NCBI GenBank assembly: GCA_023247445.1
Contig: JAHFGL010000002.1
Coordinates: 553 to 64,552, forward strand
DNA: 64,000 nt
DNA from: Candidatus Omnitrophota bacterium
GTDB lineage: Bacteria > Omnitrophota > Gorgyraeia > Zapsychrales > Zapsychraceae
Reading direction: 5' to 3'
Shown one piece after another: positions 60,865 to 64,000 of this stretch. Position 1 is the stretch's first letter, and every line of letters begins with the position of its first letter. The position numbers and the translations under genes are program-made. Under the pieces are notes generated by a model. The model did not search any database. It had not been told where the DNA came from and saw only the letters and a program-made list of their open reading frames with translations.

Positions 60865-61959
60865 ATGATACGAAAATTATTACGAAGTTCTCATAAGATT
60901 AAAAATGATTCTGGTATAATAATCATCATTGTATTATGGGCGATGGTCATTTTAACGACGTTGGTTGTAAGTTTGGGTCGAAATACCTCTATCGAACTAT
61001 CGTTAACCAAATATGCCCTGGGAGATCTTAAGGCTAAATATTTGGCCTGGGCGGGTTTAAACTTCGCGATGAACCAAATCAAAATTGATTCTGACGATCA
61101 ATTATCGAACTCCTTCGATAATTTATACTATTGTGCTATTTCCAGTAGCCAGGAGGATTCCACGGAACAATTATTTAAGCATAAAGAATTGGGTCAGGGG
61201 TATTTTGATATTCGTTATGTCTATAAAGGTTCATCGGGCGCTCAGAAGTTAGATTTTTATGGGATGCAAGATGAAGAGCGCAAGATCAATATTAATACAC
61301 TAAACAATGTGGCTATCTTAAATTCATTGTTGGAGATTTTGGGAGTTGATGCCACAACCGCCCAAACGATTTCGTATTCGATTCTTGACTGGAAAGACGC
61401 CGACAAAGATTTGAGTCAGAACAATTTTGGAGCGGAAGATGAATATTATACCGGCCAAACCCCATCGTATCATTGTAAGAATGCGCCTTTTGATTCATTG
61501 GAAGAGCTTTTATTAGTGAGGGGGATGACAAAGGAAATTTATAGTAAGGTTAAAGATTATCTAACAGTTTTTCCCAAGGACGGCCCATTTGTAATTAATT
61601 TTAATACGGCTTCTAAAACTGTTTTACAATCGGTTGCCCGGTGGGGGATCAGTCAATCACCTACTAACGATGTCGCGGATGCCGATTCTCTTGTTGATAA
61701 TATTTTAAGATATCGGGCTGGGGATGATTTAGAAGACGGGACTAAAGATGATCGATCTATTAATGTTGGGCAGTTTGGACTTGGTCTTAATGCCAAAGAA
61801 GGTTTTTTATTTTCGGTTATTTCCCAAATGGGAAACGAGAAATCAAATTATATTCGTGTTAGCGTTCTTGGCGTTGACAACGCCTCGCATGTTAAAGTTC
61901 CTATTGAAGCTGTAATCCGTCGAGATGACTTCGCCATTATCGATTGGCGAAGGTTTTAG
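60865..61959 (+). CDS. gspK: minor pseudopilin GspK-like
   Basis: N-terminal TM GIIIIIVLWAMVILTTLVVSL and a large periplasmic domain, ~360 aa, typical of GspK. Confidence 0.7.
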   Translation: MIRKLLRSSHKIKNDSGIIIIIVLWAMVILTTLVVSLGRNTSIELSLTKYALGDLKAKYLAWAGLNFAMNQIKIDSDDQLSNSFDNLYYCAISSSQEDSTEQLFKHKELGQGYFDIRYVYKGSSGAQKLDFYGMQDEERKININTLNNVAILNSLLEILGVDATTAQTISYSILDWKDADKDLSQNNFGAEDEYYTGQTPSYHCKNAPFDSLEELLLVRGMTKEIYSKVKDYLTVFPKDGPFVINFNTASKTVLQSVARWGISQSPTNDVADADSLVDNILRYRAGDDLEDGTKDDRSINVGQFGLGLNAKEGFLFSVISQMGNEKSNYIRVSVLGVDNASHVKVPIEAVIRRDDFAIIDWRRF

Positions 61960-61966
61960 TTATCCT

Positions 61967-63397
61967 ATGGCCAAAACAATTACAACTGTCATTGAAATTA
62001 GCGATACGCATGTAAAGCTTTTTCAATCGAAAGAAATTCAGGGCAAGCCCACCATATCGGCCTGTGACATTCGGCCAATTAAAAATTATACAGATGAAGA
62101 AATCGTTAGAGTGCTACTTGATCTTTCTCGGTCGAAAAACATTTCTCCGGATTCTTTGATCGTGGCTGTTGCCAGGCGGTTTACTATTTTAAAACAGATG
62201 AAGTTACCTTCCCAAAATGAAATAGAACTGAAGAAAATGATTGAGTTGCAACTTGTCAGCCAAATTCCTTATCCAGTGGAAGACGTTGTCTATGATTATT
62301 CTCCATTAGAAAAGGACGCCTCAGGGTATACTCAGCTTTTGATTACGGTCGCGCATAAGGATATTGCACGACGATATTTGAAAATTCTAAATACAGTTGG
62401 GATTAATTCTGGCAAATTAACATTAGGATCTTTAGGAATTTGGGGTTGGCTTAATTATCAAGAAAAATATAAGAAGATTGATCCTAATCAATCAATCGTT
62501 GTGATCAATATTGATCTAGGGCAATCTGAAATTTGTTTTTGTCATAATAAAAAGATGCTTTTTTCGCGGAGCATTAATTTTGGCGCTCGAGATTTAAATG
62601 GTGACAGTGTTTTAGCCATTTATAAACAAATCGAGCTTAGCTTATCAACTTATCAAAAAGAAAATTTTGGACCTGACGTTAAGAAAGTTATTTTATTATC
62701 GGGGCCGCAAGAGACATTAATCCTTAGAGATCGAATTGAACGAGAACTGAGCTTGCCCGTTGAGATCTGGTCTCCACTGGATAATGTTGTTTGTCAGAAA
62801 TATGTTGCGGTGGGAGATTTAAAAGAAATTCCCGTTGGGGCGCTAACCGTAGGCTTTGGACTTTTGTTTTCTGATTCTAAGAAATTGATGAATCTTACTC
62901 CGCAGGAGATTCATAATACACAAAAGAACAAGCAACGAAAAATTCAGTGGATTCAGTTTTCTGTTCTTCTAGGACTGACACTGATATTTGTGTTTTTGAT
63001 TTGGGGTGGCGAACTTTATCAAAAGATCAATCATTTAAATAGTATCAAAGCAAAAATTGATCAGACCAAGCCCCTTTTTAAAGAAGCCGAGCGTAAGATT
63101 CAGTTTGTTAAGGTATTAACGGATGAGTTAAATAATGGAATTTTTGTTCCGGATCTTATTAATGATTTGTATAAGTTAGCCCCAGAAGACATTTCGCTAC
63201 GATCACTTAATCTAGATGAACGAGGGACTTTTAGTATTCAGGGGTATGCTTTGACGCGCAGTGGGCTTAACACATTTCAGGCGAATCTAGTTCAATCGCC
63301 TAGATTAAAAGAGGTCAATTTGCAATTCTCGACAGAACGTAAGATTTTTAACATGGATGTGATTGATTTTCAGATTAACAGTCAGCTAAAAAAGTAA
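61967..63397 (+). CDS. gspL: GspL-like assembly protein: a PilM-type actin-like cytoplasmic domain fused via one TM to a PilN-like periplasmic domain
   Basis: N-terminal actin-like ATPase-fold region, TM IQFSVLLGLTLIFVFLIWGG at aa ~340, and a C-terminal coiled region. The start is taken at ATG 61967. Confidence 0.65.
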   Translation: MAKTITTVIEISDTHVKLFQSKEIQGKPTISACDIRPIKNYTDEEIVRVLLDLSRSKNISPDSLIVAVARRFTILKQMKLPSQNEIELKKMIELQLVSQIPYPVEDVVYDYSPLEKDASGYTQLLITVAHKDIARRYLKILNTVGINSGKLTLGSLGIWGWLNYQEKYKKIDPNQSIVVINIDLGQSEICFCHNKKMLFSRSINFGARDLNGDSVLAIYKQIELSLSTYQKENFGPDVKKVILLSGPQETLILRDRIERELSLPVEIWSPLDNVVCQKYVAVGDLKEIPVGALTVGFGLLFSDSKKLMNLTPQEIHNTQKNKQRKIQWIQFSVLLGLTLIFVFLIWGGELYQKINHLNSIKAKIDQTKPLFKEAERKIQFVKVLTDELNNGIFVPDLINDLYKLAPEDISLRSLNLDERGTFSIQGYALTRSGLNTFQANLVQSPRLKEVNLQFSTERKIFNMDVIDFQINSQLKK

Positions 63398-63407
63398 AAC
63401 AACGGTT

Positions 63408-63962
63408 ATGATTAAACGATTAACAAAACGTGAACAAGTAATCTTTATTGTTTGTCTACTACTTGTTTTGGTCTATGTGGGTTATCGAGCTGTCGCCAAA
63501 CCTTTAGAAGAGAAACTGTTTTTTTTGGACGATGAGATTGAGGCCCAGCAAAAGAAATTAAAGAAGAATTTAGGTGTTATTAACAAGGCCAAGGGCTTAA
63601 GTCAGCAGTACAGTAAATATCTAGAGGGGATGAAACAATCCGGCACCAATGAACAGGTGATGACATCACTTTTGGCGGAAATTCAAGAAATTGCAGCTCA
63701 ATTGGGCTTAAAGATTTCTGATTTAAAGCCAAAACGGGTTAAGAAGGAGGAATATTATAATTATTTTTCCGTTAGTCTTACCCTGGATGGGGACTTGAAA
63801 GAAATTCTTCAGTTTGTTTATATTTTGCAAAAAGAACCGCATCTTTTTCACGTGAATGAATTCAATTTTGAAAAAGGCGCACAGCGCAATTCTCAAGAAA
63901 TTAAAACACGGCTTATTTTAAGTCGAATTTTGATTCCTGAAACCAAAGAATTATCGCAATAA
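63408..63962 (+). CDS. gspM: GspM/PilO-like bitopic protein
   Basis: Short cytoplasmic N-terminus, single TM VIFIVCLLLVLVYVGY, a coiled coil, and a C-terminal ferredoxin-like region; 184 aa. Confidence 0.6.
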   Translation: MIKRLTKREQVIFIVCLLLVLVYVGYRAVAKPLEEKLFFLDDEIEAQQKKLKKNLGVINKAKGLSQQYSKYLEGMKQSGTNEQVMTSLLAEIQEIAAQLGLKISDLKPKRVKKEEYYNYFSVSLTLDGDLKEILQFVYILQKEPHLFHVNEFNFEKGAQRNSQEIKTRLILSRILIPETKELSQ

Positions 63963-64000
63963 TATTCTGAAATTGCGTTGACATTGAAATCATCGTATAC

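Overview
This 64-kb window comes from a low-GC (~38-40%) chromosome that is almost entirely plus-strand coding. The organism looks like an uncultivated diderm bacterium, because an LPS-core/heptose cluster is present. A tentative guess is a PVC/Omnitrophota-like lineage, judged from the giant NHL/LVIVD/GLUG/CarboxypepD_reg proteins and the many toxin-antitoxin pairs.

Gene content:
- Housekeeping: a 5'-partial RcnA-like Ni/Co transporter, a secreted cyclophilin, cspA, an MFS transporter, a divergent PriA, a FecR-domain protein, a Zn-dependent alcohol dehydrogenase, MscS, Xth, two NUDIX hydrolases, a SixA-like phosphatase, fmt, two tandem GalT-like HIT-family paralogs, hpf, DoxX, a redoxin/cytochrome c/Cu-monooxygenase fusion, and GAPDH.
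- An LPS-core/envelope cluster at 10.7-18.4 kb: a TMTC-like TPR membrane glycosyltransferase, manC, a GT9 heptosyltransferase, a DegT aminotransferase, GT2, gmhB and GT28.
- Six giant secreted multidomain proteins (0.8-1.6 kaa). They carry PD40, NHL and LVIVD beta-propellers, He_PIG Ig-like domains, two HExxH metalloprotease domains, a GH-like TIM barrel, GLUG repeats, and shared C-terminal CarboxypepD_reg arrays. They cluster just upstream of a T2SS-like operon.
- The T2SS-like operon runs gspE-(4HB gene)-gspF-G-H-I-J-K-L-M (55.1-64.0 kb). No secretin, GspC or prepilin peptidase is in the window.
- Five type II toxin-antitoxin modules: VapBC; Phd-RelE; AbrB-RelE; a TIGR02574-type antitoxin with a decayed ParE/RelE-like toxin; and a possible HTH pair.

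Main non-coding observations:
1. A conserved ~165-nt 5'-leader element sits upstream of three of the giant secreted-protein genes. Each copy is followed by a U-tract hairpin just before the RBS, which looks like a riboswitch or attenuator arrangement.
2. A mini cassette array holds two TA modules. Three ~72-bp direct repeats delimit it, and each repeat re-creates the 3' end of a small membrane-protein gene.
3. A four-helix-bundle gene of the 23S-rRNA-IVS type sits between gspE and gspF, flanked by TTCGTA-rich inverted repeats.
4. A family of bipartite intergenic elements has a ~70-nt G-free half followed by a C-poor half. It occurs between galT paralogs, between gspG and gspH, and in a related form before gmhB.

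Other points: PriA has lost the Walker A, DExH and motif VI helicase signatures. The first giant gene has a frameshifted N-terminus and an internal near-identical 330-bp tandem duplication. A DUF4143 ATPase is 5'-truncated. No rRNA, tRNA, CRISPR array, transposase or integrase could be supported from the sequence.
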